DNA of 64,000 nt. It comes from Octopus sinensis (taxonomy: Eukaryota). The stretch's first letter is position 1; each line of letters begins with the position of its first letter. The position numbers and the translations under genes are program-made. Under the pieces are notes generated by a model that did not search any database, had not been told where the DNA came from, and saw only the letters and a program-made list of their open reading frames with translations. The stretch lies in NCBI RefSeq assembly GCF_006345805.1, contig NC_043008.1, positions 16,926,001 to 16,990,000 of the forward strand, read 5' to 3'. Shown here in pieces: positions 41,117 to 53,820 of this stretch.

Positions 41117-42494
41117 ATATGTACGTATGTATATTTTTGTGTGTGTGAGCCTGTGTCTATGTTGTCACACCACTTTCGCTTGATAACCAATGTTAATGTG
41201 TTTACGTCCCCGTTACCTAGTGGTTCGGCAAAAGAGACCGATAGAATATATACCTGGCTTACAAGGAATAATTCCTGGGGTCGATTTGTTCGACTAAAAC
41301 CCTTTACGGCAGTGCCCCAGTACGGCCACAGTCAAATGACTAACACTTTAACAGAATAAAAGAATGTGTGTGTGTGTGTGTGTGGTGTGTGTGTGTGTGT
41401 GTGCACGCGCGCGTGTTTATATACTTATTTAATACATCACCTAACAAAGTTAACTTACCCTGATTTCCTACATGCCTCCCTGTCCCTAGATTCTAACATT
41501 TATTAACAGTTTCTTCACTCGAGTGGAAAGCAAGCACTCTACAGACAGCTTGGATCAACGGTCACCCAATAGTTGTCATATTTTTTTCTGTGATTAATTT
41601 TTGGTACCCAATACCCTATCAACGTACAATCAATTGTTCTGCAGTTTCCAATCTCAAATAAATTGCTGGTTCTATGTATACATTAGTGTTTCTATAACTG
41701 AAGTCATGTTTGATTTGTTGAGCTCATTCCGTGAATATGTCACGAAACATTACTCGGGTTACAGCAAATCATATCCATTTCTTTACAGTGGGAGAAAGTA
41801 TAAATACTACACGATTCAAATGATCAGATAATATATGTACGTATTTCTCTAAAATATCATCTAAATATTTGTGTTAGGTCTACTCTCGAGGCCTTCCTGT
41901 TTATTGTCTCCTTAAAGGTTAGCCCAAAATATACACATATACACCCTGATGTCACCCGACTGACACGTTTAGGAGAATTTTCTTGACGTACAATAAATAG
42001 TACAACAGTCTCTCTTCAACGAGACCCTGGAAGACATTGCATTGTACTGGTTTCAAATTTTGGTACAAACCAGCAGGTTTTGAGGGGAGGATGCTAGACA
42101 ATCACACCGACTCTCCTGTTCAACTTGTAGTTATTTAAGCGCAGTGACGGCGCATGTGTAGGCACTGCTGAACTGCATCATCCCCTATTTCCACTCGATA
42201 TTCTCGATAACATTCAACATAATGGGTCCTTTTTTCTTTAATTCTTTTCTACACTTGTACATTATATAATCCTAAAGCTTAATGTCAGTAGCCGTCCCCT
42301 AGTTTATGAAATAAATATAAAAATCCTTGTATACAACTGTGCGCTTCACAATTCCAACGATGCGGTGTTTGGCTGTTGTGCACATGCTCACTTGTCCGAG
42401 ATAGGAAGCTTCACGCTAGGGAGAGAGTGCACTGTCGTTCACACAGAGCCTACCCCGGTGTGCTGGTGAAAGATAGCGCGTTGTGCTTGAAAAC

Positions 42495-42662
42495 ATGTTT
42501 ACATTCTCGAATGTGACAAAGTGTAGAATTAGATTTATTATCCTGCTTCTTGCGACAGTGCTGCTGCCACGATTTGAAAAAATAGGGCAATCCCGCCCGT
42601 TATTTTGTGATTTATGTGGGATTTTTTTAAAAAAAGGGCTAATTCGTGGCAATGTTCAGTGA
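42495..42662 (+). CDS. Candidate small secreted peptide or first coding exon (55 aa)
   Basis: aaaacATG context; MFTFSNVTKCRIRFIILLLATVLLPRFEKIGQSRPLFCDLCGIFLKKGLIRGNVQ*; basic n-region plus hydrophobic h-region in non-repetitive sequence; no homology recognised. Confidence 0.2.
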   Translation: MFTFSNVTKCRIRFIILLLATVLLPRFEKIGQSRPLFCDLCGIFLKKGLIRGNVQ

Positions 42663-42929
42663 ACAAATTAAACACACTATTCGACAGTGGCTAAAACGCG
42701 AACCGATCAAGTTTATGCATAAATTTTCTTTTTCTATATTTGTTTCCTTTTACACAATATTAAAACAGCAGCTAAAAATTTTCTGAAGTAGCGCTCCACT
42801 AATTTTATCTACGAGCCGCCATTGTTTAAGCGACATCAAAAGAATGAAAGACAAAGTCAACCTCGGTTGTATTTGAACTAGGAACATGAAGAGCCAGGAG
42901 AAATGTCGCAAAGTATTTTGTCAGACTTT

Positions 42930-43218
42930 GCAGGTTTGCTGCCTTAACATATGTTTGTTTGTTCCTTCTCGAGTTACGCCTGGCTCATTAGGGCCAGTTT
43001 CCCGGTTTCCTTGGTGTATAGGTTTCCCACCTGGACTGGACGCCGGTCCGTTGCAGGTGAGAGAAAGTTGTGGCGAAAGAGTCAGAAGTTCGCCATAACC
43101 TTCTGCCGGAGCTGCGTGTAGCCTAGGTGTTTCGCTCATAAAGACACACATCGCCCGGTCTTAGATTCTAACCTACGACCGCAAGTCCGCTGCTCTAAAC
43201 ACTAGGTCATCGGCTTCC
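42930..43218 (-). mobile_element. tRNA-derived SINE family B variant
   Basis: Reverse complement of 57761-58072. Confidence 0.7.
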
Positions 43219-43711
43219 ACCTAATCGATTATACCATGCCCTAATTTGTCACTGGTGACATCTTTAGAGGACATTATGAAGGTAACCGAGAATGTCAGTA
43301 TTAGTTGATACTTGAATTAAAAGCTTTCCATATCTAATCCTCTATCTGATAGTTCTTATTTCAAATCTTGCTGGTAGCAACATCGTTGCTGCTTTCGTGA
43401 AAGAATAGAACATGATTACCAAATAACTGATATTAAATGGTGCAAATTTACAAATACATACAACACACACGTTTAAATACATAAAAGTTATACAAACACA
43501 TACACACATACAGATTTGATAGCTTCAGCTGTAATAATGAAATATTTGCACAGATTCCTTATATGGTATCAATGTACGGAAAAAAGTGAGAGTCACCTGA
43601 TAGAATGATTCCCAATTCATTAAGAGCTCCACGTGGAAAACTTATCGTATATATGTTTTCCAGTTGATAACATGGGAGTAGTTAGACATCATATAAATCA
43701 CTAGGTAATTA

Positions 43712-44113
43712 GGATCTTTTCGGTTTGAACGGCAGTTTTTTCTAGCGGTGTCATATGAAATTGTCACCCATAATTATGACCCTAGTATCGATCTATTGCA
43801 TTAGAGTTGGGGTTGGGGGCAAGGATATCTTTTTTTCTTCACAAATATAAATAAACCAAATCTGTTTCATAAACGAGGGGCATATTCATACGGTACAGAA
43901 TGTTTTCATCTCAATAGACGCCATTGATTAGTTGAAATTGCAGAAATTGAAGAAAATAAAACAAAACAAATATCTTACAAACTATAGAATTTTCTCAATA
44001 AAGCCAAGAGAAAAAGATGTTTTATAAATACATTCTACCAGTATACGAAGTTTAAAAGTGTTTAGTTACGTGGAAATTATTAAAAAAAACTGCCGTTCAA
44101 ACCGAAAAGATCC
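43712..44113. mobile_element. Merlin-like MITE, second copy in the opposite orientation
   Basis: TIR ggatcttttcggtttgaacggcagttttt; flanks ggtaatta / ggtaagta (8 bp, 1 mismatch). Confidence 0.8.
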
Positions 44114-44792
44114 GGTAAGTATGCTATCACCTTGGTGTAGAGCTTATGAAGCATAATTTTCCTTTAGATTCGTCGATATCATAATAGCTCAACCAAATTA
44201 AAATATTACAAACATTTAGCTGTGGTTCTATATTTAATAGATGAGGAATTATGTACATTATTTACATTATTTACATTTGACGGATATTAGTTCTCATCTT
44301 CTTTGTTGTTAACACATACATACATACATACATACATACATACATAAATACATACATACATACATACATACACAAATATATATATATACATACACACATT
44401 TGGGTGAGGTATATATATGTAAGATGTTTTTTCTGGTAACATTATATTTTTATCGACCCCGGGATAAGGAAATGAAATATCAACTCCGGTGAGAGTTCGA
44501 TATTAGTGTATGAAGAGTTATGACTAAACTCCACATTGTATTGTATCCGTCACTCCCTCTGTAAACAATATCCAACAAACCAATAACGCTACATAATGTT
44601 TAAGAGGAGGAAACAGTTGATTTAATCGATTATATCTCTTAAATGCTATTTATTTAATCTAACCCAAAGGACAATCGGCAAAGTGCGTCTCGGTGGGATT
44701 GGAACTCAAAGCATAAGAGATGTAAATATATAGCCATTTTTACCGATTCTGTCCCCCGCCAAACGATCCTTTGCTTCTGAAACTCAATACAA

Positions 44793-45198
44793 GGCGCAGG
44801 ATTGGCTGTGTGGTAAGTAGCTTGCTTACCAACCACATGGTTCCGGGTTCAGTCCCACTGCTTGGCACCTTGTGCAAGTGTCTTCTACTATAGCCTCGGG
44901 CCGACCAAGGCCTTGTGATTGGATTTGGTAGACGGAAACTGAAAGAAGCCCGTCGTATATATGTATATATATGTGTGCGTGTATGTTTGTATGTCTGTGT
45001 TTGTCCCCCCCCCCAACATCGCTTGACAACCGATGCTGGTGTGTTTATGTCCCCGTCATATAGCGGTTCGGCAAAAGAGACCGATAGAATAAGTACTGGG
45101 CTTACAAAAAATAAGTCCCGGGGTCGAGTTGCTCGATTAAAGGCGGTGCTCCAACATGGCCGCAGTCAAATGACTGAAACAAGTAAAATAGTAAAGAG
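44793..45198 (+). mobile_element. SINE family D, full length, flanked by a 63-bp direct duplication
   Basis: Head ggcgcaggattggctgtgtggtaag to tail gtaaagag; duplication at 44727-44789 and 45199-45261. Confidence 0.85.
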
Positions 45199-47399
45199 TA
45201 TATAGCCACTTTTACCGATTCTGTCCTCCGCCAAACGATCCTTCGCTTCTGAAACTCAATAACATAGAAATAAGGCAAGAAATTATGACGGAGAGGAACT
45301 GAGAATTATATGGCGATTAGTTTTGACTGATGCCTTATTATATCGGTAGAATGAAATTTAAAGTTGGCCCCGAAGGAACTTGAACGCATAACGTAATTAA
45401 CAAAAACAATTACGGTAATGCGTTTCTTTTTGGTTCCGACACTTGTAAACTTGGCACGAGTCCAGAAATTTAAGGGATGAGGTAAAGAATATTACCCCAG
45501 TAGTTTATTTTTACAGTATTCTATCGACCTTGTGGGAATGACGAGCAAAATTAACCTCGCCGAGATGCGCCCTACAGTAAACTTATCAGGCACAAGTAAT
45601 CCACCATTAGATTAGTACGTTCTTGGTCACAAACAATAGGCAAAAGATTCTACTGAATGGAAACATGTTGGGTTAATATAAGCTTGACCGATGTGTCTAG
45701 TTTAACGAAGTGTTTGGTTCACTAAATCGATCTATTTACTTAATAGTTTCAAATTTTGACACAAGGCTAGTAATTTTGAAGTGGGATCAAAGTCGATTAC
45801 AACTATCCCAGTATGCAACAAATACATATTTTATCGAACATGAAAAATGTCAAAGGCAAAATTGACCTCAGCAATGTGTGAACTGAAAACAAAGCTGAAA
45901 TAAATGCCTCTAAGCATTTTGTTCGACTTTCAAACAATTTTGCCAGCTCACGGCATTCACACCATTATATACAATTGGTTCAGCACAATACGAAAAGTAA
46001 AATTCTGAACTATTAATTAATCACAGTATATTAAGACAATTTCGTGGTATATTTTCACGTGAATAATAGAGAGGGTTGATTCAACAGATCTTAATATAAT
46101 ACGGTTGTCTTTCCGCCGAGGTCGACTTTGCCTTTCATCCTTTCGAGGTCAATAAATAAGTGCCAGTTGAATGCTGGGGTCGATGTAATCGGCCTACCCG
46201 CTCCACTAAAATTGCTAGCCTTGTGCCAAATTTTGAAAACAAAGTATAATACAGTTGCAAAATGCAACGGCATTTCGTTCATCTTTACATTCGGAGATCA
46301 AATTACGCCGAAGTCGACTTTGCCTTTCATCCTTTCGGGGTCGATAAAATAAGTACCACTTAACCCTCTTCCTGAAACTTGGGCGTGTGCCAAAATTTGA
46401 AACCAATATAGTACAGTAGTTTATTTTGACAAACAATGTTTAAAAGTAGTAATTAAAAAATTTGAAAGTAAGAATTAATTATACTCTATTAAGACAGAAT
46501 TAAATTATACGGTTTTAAATTAATAATACATAGGCAGGGTTAATTCACGGATCTAACATAATATAATTGCTTACTTTGACGAATCTGGAGTGATGAAAAA
46601 CCATGTTGACCCAAGAGGTATAAAAACTCAGGACAGCAGAGTAAATGTAGAATCCACAGCAAGCAGAGGTGGTCTGTGTAAGCAAGTATTAATAGAAATA
46701 ATTAAAAAATAGGTTTTTATACGGTGAGAAATACGAGAACTCTAAAGATTCAAGCAAAAGCCTTCGTCGGTGAGGAATGAATTCTTAAAAAAATAAAATT
46801 TACCTTTTTTTTTTTTGGTTTTTCGACGACTGACAAATTTAAACAAAATTTTTGTAGAAGCTTCTCGTTACTGTGATACTTTCTGCTTCAGAGAAAAACA
46901 GGCAAGAAAGGAAGCTTTCCCTGTGTACATAGTAATCAACTTATCTTACTTTGAAGGAAAGAAAATTCTGCCTGAAATGCTAGATGTTTCTTCTACTCTG
47001 CATAAAATTCATTCAAGACTTTCAACTTGGAAAAAGAGAAAGAAAAACAAACAGGAATTCCAGAATTGTAGTTCGATGTTTTAGTCATTCTTCCTACCAT
47101 ATTTGCTGGTATACAAGCCGCACTTTTCTTTTCTTTATTTATTTTGCAAAAATAAATATCTCAAAGTAATAATCCTTAGTTCTATAAGCAATGTTGGGTC
47201 TATATCATATATACTTAAATACACTAAAACATAGGTTTTTGTATTGAATATGCGGTGCTGAAATTGGGGAGCCTCTAATATGCCCTCGTGTCTTTTATAC
47301 TATGAAATACAACACTGTAAAATATTCTTTTCTACTCTAGGCACCAAGCCCGAAATTTGGGGGGAATTTATTGATGTGACTCCTGCCAACGAATGAAAA

Positions 47400-47790
47400 G
47401 ACTTACAGTAAACTCTGTAACTCGCTTGCTCAAGGAAAGTCAAAAGCAGTCACGACTTATTGCATGTCGAGAATTGAAAGAGCAGTTATATGCGGTACAT
47501 CATTTGCACGATGTAGAGAATACACCACCAGCATTACCAAACGACTTCAACATTAGCTTTAAAATTCATCCAATGTTGGTGGTGTATTCCCTACATCGTA
47601 CAAATGATGTACCGCTCGCAGAGTCGCTGGAGAGAGTAGTGTTTCAATGCTTTAAGGCGGTCCCAGTAATCGAGATCAGTCATGCCCTTAATTCGTTTAG
47701 TGAATACCCTATGGGGCGATTCAATTTTCGAGATGTTCTGTTTTGTGTGGGGAGACCACAAGGGATATCCAGTTCATATCCAGTTAAATG
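47400..47790 (-). mobile_element. CR1/L2-clade LINE ORF2 relic with internal inversion
   Basis: Minus strand TKQNISKIESPHRVFTKRIKGMTDLDYWDRLKALKHYSLQRLCERYIICTM* matches the CR1/L2 'Y..RL..L.L.SL..RR.R' motif; the 132-aa + ORF is largely its antisense. Confidence 0.8.
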
Positions 47791-48643
47791 AAGAAAAGAA
47801 AATGGAGAGTAAGAAGTCAACAATTATTTATTATTAACGAATTGGTCATCTTTACTTCTTACAGCCGTTACAATTAATACTCGATAATTTAATTACTGCA
47901 TTAAATTTGCATTTATGTGACATGAGCATAATTTCTCCAAAGAAAAATATTATACCTAGTGATGTGTTATGTGGACCTATCAGTTCATTTCAGCATGTGT
48001 GTGTGAGCCTTTTGCACCGATTCCGTCTACCAAGGAACTGGTCAGCTGGAGGATATATGAATATATTTGGAAATACTTTGCCCTTGTCACCGGTTTTGGT
48101 TGCGAACCGAAATTCTTAACAGCACTGCTACGCCTGTTCCTATAAAAGCTTCATAAGTAAACATAAACGTAAAACCATATTAAATCCCTTCACTGGTTTA
48201 GCTTTACAAAAATTTTAAGGGAATGGTGATTATAAACTTTATGGCTGCCAGCAGATAGCGGATGCTTTTTACTTTCAGAGCACGGTTGCTTGAGATGAAC
48301 AAAGGAACGAACAAAAAGCTGATAACATATTTTGTTTATAGTTATATAAAATATTAGCGTATTATAATATATTGCTTATATTCGGAGCCAATTCTTTGAA
48401 GGCAGGCTGTAAAATCGATCAAATATTTAATTGACATAAAGGTATCAAGGACAAATATTATAGCTTCTCTGCTTTCGCTACACCACACATGCGCGCACAA
48501 ATATGAATAAATATATATATATGTGTATATGTATACATACATACATATATATATATATATGTGAAATAGAAAGATGAATAATCTTGTAGTAGATTAATCA
48601 AAAGTTTCTGTTCAATCTGCGTTCAGCTCCATTTCTTCAATTC

Positions 48644-48709
<66 letters not shown>

Positions 48710-48888
48710 ATAATAAATATTAGGGAATAAATCCAAATTTACAGGGAAAAAAATCAGATTTAGGATTAAATCCAATTTTATAGTAAAATATTATAAAATA
48801 TTATTAGAGACAAAACCACTATTTTGCAAAACAAACAAGGAAAGACTTAATCAATACATAGAATTTTAATAAATAGTCAAAAAAACCG

Positions 48889-48931
48889 CCACTACAATCG
48901 TTTCTTGTCTTGATCGACAATCTTCAGGTGG
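48889..48931 (-). ncRNA. Type I minimal hammerhead ribozyme (minus-strand copy)
   Basis: Exact reverse complement of 48987-49029. Confidence 0.8.
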
Positions 48932-48986
48932 ACTTCCAATAAGTCAGTTTCAAATTATGATAATTTGAAACTGACTTATTGGAAGT

Positions 48987-49029
48987 CCACCTGAAGATTG
49001 TCGATCAAGACAAGAAACGATTGTAGTGG
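48987..49029 (+). ncRNA. Type I minimal hammerhead ribozyme
   Basis: ccac-CUGAAGA-ttgtc-gatcaa-gacaa-GAAA-C-gatt-GUA-gtgg: stem I ccac/gtgg, 5-bp stem II, self-complementary stem III ACGAUUGU (two G.U pairs), cleavage predicted after A49025. Confidence 0.8.
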
Positions 49030-49116
49030 CGGTTTTTTTGACTATTTATTAAAATTTTATGTATTGATTAAGTCTTTCCTTGTTTGTTTTGCAAAATAGT
49101 GGTTTTGTCTCTAATA

Positions 49117-49154
<38 letters not shown>

Positions 49155-49191
49155 TATACATACATACATATAATATATATATACACTCACG

Positions 49192-49256
<65 letters not shown>

Positions 49257-49377
49257 TATGTGTGCGGTGTAGGTACATGCATATGTATATATGCAAACAC
49301 AGAATTCAAACAACTAACCAATGTGCTCAATACATACATACATACACAAACATACACACATATATATATAAATATTG

Positions 49378-49658
49378 TGTACAATTTCGGGGTTTTTTTC
49401 ATCCTTGTTTTCATATACATTCGCTTGGTTTCTTCTAAGGAATCTAGCGCTCTTAACTTAGACTTTTTCGGGGGTCGGGCAGATTGGAGCAGTCTCGAGT
49501 GTAACCGGCCGAAACTGCGGAGAAAATCTGAACTTGACTGAGGATAGAAAACACCAAATGACCCGTCCTTGTTTTTTTTCCTCTTCTTTTTTGTATCGTC
49601 TAACTGTCCGAATGTTTTGTTGTTGCCTGTTACGTTCTTGTTCCATTTTGTGCTCTTT
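49378..49658 (+). mobile_element. (TA)n-anchored interspersed repeat, same family as 15362-15660
   Basis: Shared blocks in reverse orientation; ends in (TA)n. Confidence 0.55.
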
Positions 49659-49694
49659 TATATATATATATATATATATATATCTATATATATA

Positions 49695-49754
<60 letters not shown>

Positions 49755-50381
49755 ATACATACATACATACATACATACATACATAATTACATACATACAT
49801 ACATAATTACATACATACATGTGTGTGTGTTTTATCAGTCGTTGGACCGCAGCCGTGCTGGGGGCACCGCGCTAATAGAATCGTCAGCACGTATGGCAAA
49901 ATGTTTAGAGGCATTTCCTTCCGTCACAACGTCCTGAGTTCAAATTGCGCCGCGGTTGACAGACAGGCAGTAGCGAGTTCGATTCCCGGCCCGCGCTGTG
50001 TTTTACCCTTGGGCAGGACACTTTACTTCACGTTGCTTAAGTTCACGCGACTGTAAAAATGAATTGCGACGTCACCGGTGCCAAGCAGTATCTACCTTTG
50101 CCTTTCCCTTGGATAACATCGGAACGGTGGAGACGAGAGTCTACTAAGCCTGGGCGACTGCTGGTCCTTAATAAAGAACCTTGCCCGAACTTGTGCCTTG
50201 AATGGGAACTTCCTAGCTGCAATCCCATGGTCATTCATGACCGAAAGATTTCCTTACCCTATTGCATGAAATACACAGGACAGAACAAAGGGATAAACAT
50301 ATTTCAAAGCACCAGGTGATGCATGCAGTTGACTAATATCCAACGCACGAAACCTTTAGGTATGAAAACGAACAACCATTT

Positions 50382-50608
50382 ATATATTTCTTTACTACCC
50401 ACAAGGGGCTAAACACAGAGGGGACAAACAAGGACAGATAAACGGATTAAGTCGATTATATCGACCCCAGTGCGTAACTGGTACTTAATTTATCGACCCC
50501 GAAAGGATGAAAGGCAAAGTCGACCTCGGCGGAATTTGAACCCAGAACGTAACAGCAGACGAAATACGGCTACGCATTTCTCCCGGCGTGCTAACGTTTC
50601 TGCCAGCC
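50382..50608 (-). mobile_element. SINE family C with 13-bp TSD
   Basis: cgaacaaccattt at 50369-50381 and 50609-50621. Confidence 0.85.
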
Positions 50609-50993
50609 CGAACAACCATTTCTAACTCGTCGTATATATTTAAGTAGAGCGATGCACGCGCATGCTTAATTTCATGTGTGTGTATGTGTGTAGGCTCGAA
50701 TTTTTATGTGCTCCAAGTGGTGACTAAAATCTTGATTGCAGCCTTCATTTTCAAGTGGACGTCTATTTTTTTTTTTTTTATGTTCTTGACCTTAATCCTT
50801 CTGCCCCCCCCCCCCCACGCACCTTCTCTGATTTTGTATTCTTCTAGGCCTTGTTTATGTTGTTCAATCTCTCCAATCTTTCTTTTTCAGCGTGCGCACG
50901 CACGTGACTATGTGTACATAAATTCGGTTCTGAAGCCCAATAAATACGGTATCTCTCTATTTTACCTGGCTGGTTAGCTAACAGCCTACTAGG

Positions 50994-51043
<50 letters not shown>

Positions 51044-51068
51044 GTCTGTCTGTCTGTCTGTCTGTATG

Positions 51069-51111
<43 letters not shown>

Positions 51112-51136
51112 GTCTGTCTGTCTGTCTGTATGTCTG

Positions 51137-51249
<113 letters not shown>

Positions 51250-52004
51250 TTATATATCTATCTATCTATTGTATATAGTATGTATGTGTGTCCCATCACC
51301 GCTTGACAAACTGTGTTGAGTGTTTAGCTCCTCGTGACTTAACGGTTCGGCAAAAGTTACTGATAGAATAAATAACAGACTTTGAAAAAATAGAAAACAG
51401 CTTCTAGAGTCGATATACTCGACTCAAAATGATACAAGGCGTTGCCCCAGCGTGACCGCAGTCTAATGTCTGTAACAAATAAATGGTATGAGTTCAAATT
51501 CCGCCGAGGTTGACTTAGCCTTTCATTCTTTCAGGGCGGATTAAATAAGTACCAGTTACGCACTGGTGTTGATGTAATCGACTTAATCCTTTTGTCTGTC
51601 CTTGTTTGTCCCCTCCGTGTGTTAGCCTCTTGTGGGCAATAAAGGAATAAGATTACACACACACACACACACACACACTGACTTACATATACATAAAAGC
51701 ACACTCACACATATAGTATAAATACAATGAGTTCCATCCGCCAGCAAAGGACAACGCCAGAGGAAAAGAGTTTAGCAAATTAGATACTGGCTGAACGCCT
51801 TAATAGAAAGTGTGTCTATATCTATTTCTCTCTAAAGCGGTGAGCTGGCAGAAACGTTAGCGCGCCGGGCGAAATGTTTAGCGATATTTCGTCTGCCGTT
51901 ACGTTCTGTGTTCAAATTCCGCCGAGGTCGACTTTGCCTTTCATCCTTTCGGGGTCGATAAATAAAGTACGAGTTACACACTGAGGTCGATGTAATTGAC
52001 TTAA

Positions 52005-52598
52005 CCCTTTAGTGTTCAGATTACTCGGTTAAATGTAATACTTTTCCACTCAAATGTTTTGAATTAATCATGCATTATGTTATATCTTTGAGGTTTCAAT
52101 GATGTGATTACTCTTTTTTTTAATTCTTTTACTTGTTTCAGTCATTTGACTGCGGCCATGCTGGAGCACCACCTTTTAGTACTTATTCTATCGGTCTCTT
52201 TTTGCCGAACCGCTAAGTGACGGGGACCTAAACACACCAGCATCGGTTGTCAAGCAATGCTAGGGGGACAAACACAGACACACAAACACACGCATACATA
52301 TATATATACATATATACGACAGGCTTCTTTCAGTTTCCGTCTACCAAATCCACTCACAAGGCATTGGTCGGCCCGAGGCTATAGCAGAAGACACTTGCCC
52401 AAGATGCCACGCAGTGGGACTGAACCCGCAACCCTGTGGTTGGTTAGCAAGCTACTTACCACACAGCCACTCCTGCGCCTGATTGTTTATATTTGGAATG
52501 ACATTGTCGGGTAGGTGTGAGAGGCCAGATATTGCCAATTTGAATATAAAACATGTAGAATATCTGGGCCAGATATGGCCGGTTTAAACACTAAAGGG
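52005..52598. mobile_element. piggyBac-type MITE
   Basis: TTAA-ccctttagtgtt ... aacactaaaggg-TTAA; interrupts a family C SINE at its TTAA. Confidence 0.85.
52111..52479 (-). mobile_element. SINE family D nested in the piggyBac-type MITE
   Basis: Full-length family D sequence between the MITE halves. Confidence 0.8.
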
Positions 52599-53619
52599 TT
52601 AATCCCTTTATCTGTCCCTGTTTGTCCCTCTATGTTTAGCTCCTTGTGGGCAATAAAGAAATATAAATCTATTTCTTCTTTTTCTCTCCCTCTCGTTTAC
52701 TCCTGTTTTATCCCATCTTTTTGGTCATATTCTCTTTCACCCTTTTACATGTTTCAGTCATTTGACTGTGGCCATCCTGGAGCACCGCCTTTAATCGATC
52801 GAAAAGTCGACCACAGGACTTATTCCTTGTAAGCCTAGTCCTTATTCTATTAGTCTCTTTTGCCGAACCGCTAGGTTACGGTGACGTAAACATACCAGCG
52901 TGTTGGGAGGACAAACACTTACACACAGACATATACATATATATGACGGGCTTCTTTCAGTTCCGTCTACCAAATCCACCCACAAGGCTTTGGTCGTCCC
53001 GAGGCTATAGTAGAAGAAACTTGCCCAAGGTATCACGCAGTGGGACTGAATCCGGAGCCATGTGGTTCGTAAGCAAGCCAATTAACACAGCAACTCCTAC
53101 GCCTATACCCCGTTGTTTTGTTTTGCTTTGTTTTTCTTCCAGTGTATGATTCTAATATGGCGACATTTCAAATTAATATCAGACTCCCTTTTCTATCGCG
53201 CCTCTTATTTTTATACATTTTTTTATATATTCATAAATCTATTTGTATTGAGAAGCGCACTGATACACATAGTTATCAAAAACTGTTGTCATAAATAGTT
53301 GCCTTTGCTCTTTAGTATTAAGTCAAGCCTGACGGAGCAAGGCTACGCGTTAGATCAAAGTTTACGATATCTATTCATTTTCGTCCTTTTTGTTGTTTTT
53401 TCGGTCGTCAATGTTGCAGAATTTTTTTTATTTTATTCGTCAGTAAGAAATTCGAAAGGCAGCAGAAGAGTGAGGGTTTGTAGTATTCTCGAACAGCAAT
53501 TCGAGTAACGTAACTAGGAGTGTGGATGCGGGACAGTCGTGGTGAATGGCGGATAATCCGCCCTGGGAGACATTTCTATGGGCACAGCACTTTTGGGGCT
53601 ACTGTATAAGCCTTTATAG

Positions 53620-53820
53620 CAGTGCTTTTCAAACTTTTTGCTGGAACGGAACCCCAAGGAAACATTCTAGTGGATCGAGGAACCCCTGTGCAATAATTTA
53701 ATAGTCTTATGCACACATATCTGTACAGGAGAATTAAAAATTACTGCCGATTTTAGCAGTTTTGTAACTTCTTGCGGAACCCCTGGACTGTACTGGCGGA
53801 ACCCTGGTTGAAAACCACTG
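53620..53820. mobile_element. hAT-type MITE (201 bp)
   Basis: TIRs cagtgcttttcaa / ttgaaaaccactg; perfect 8-bp TSD ctttatag. Confidence 0.9.

Larger units (their letters stand above)
48707..49126 (-). mobile_element. Hammerhead-bearing fold-back element in (TA)n (Penelope-like end with inverted 5' arm)
   Basis: Palindrome 48792-49126 centred on G48959 with one mismatch; unique tail 48707-48791; (TA)n on both flanks. Confidence 0.8.

Noticed and set aside
41745-41765. Hammerhead-like cgtga/tcacg-aaac hairpin
   Set aside because: No CUGANGA upstream and no GUH triplet.
46557-46667. Internal exon ending at a strong GTAAGC donor
   Set aside because: No acceptor AG with a pyrimidine tract at the start of the open frame, and no recognisable protein similarity.
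47393-47791. 132-aa + strand ORF as a host gene
   Set aside because: It is largely the antisense of a CR1/L2 ORF2 relic, kept open partly by an internal inversion.
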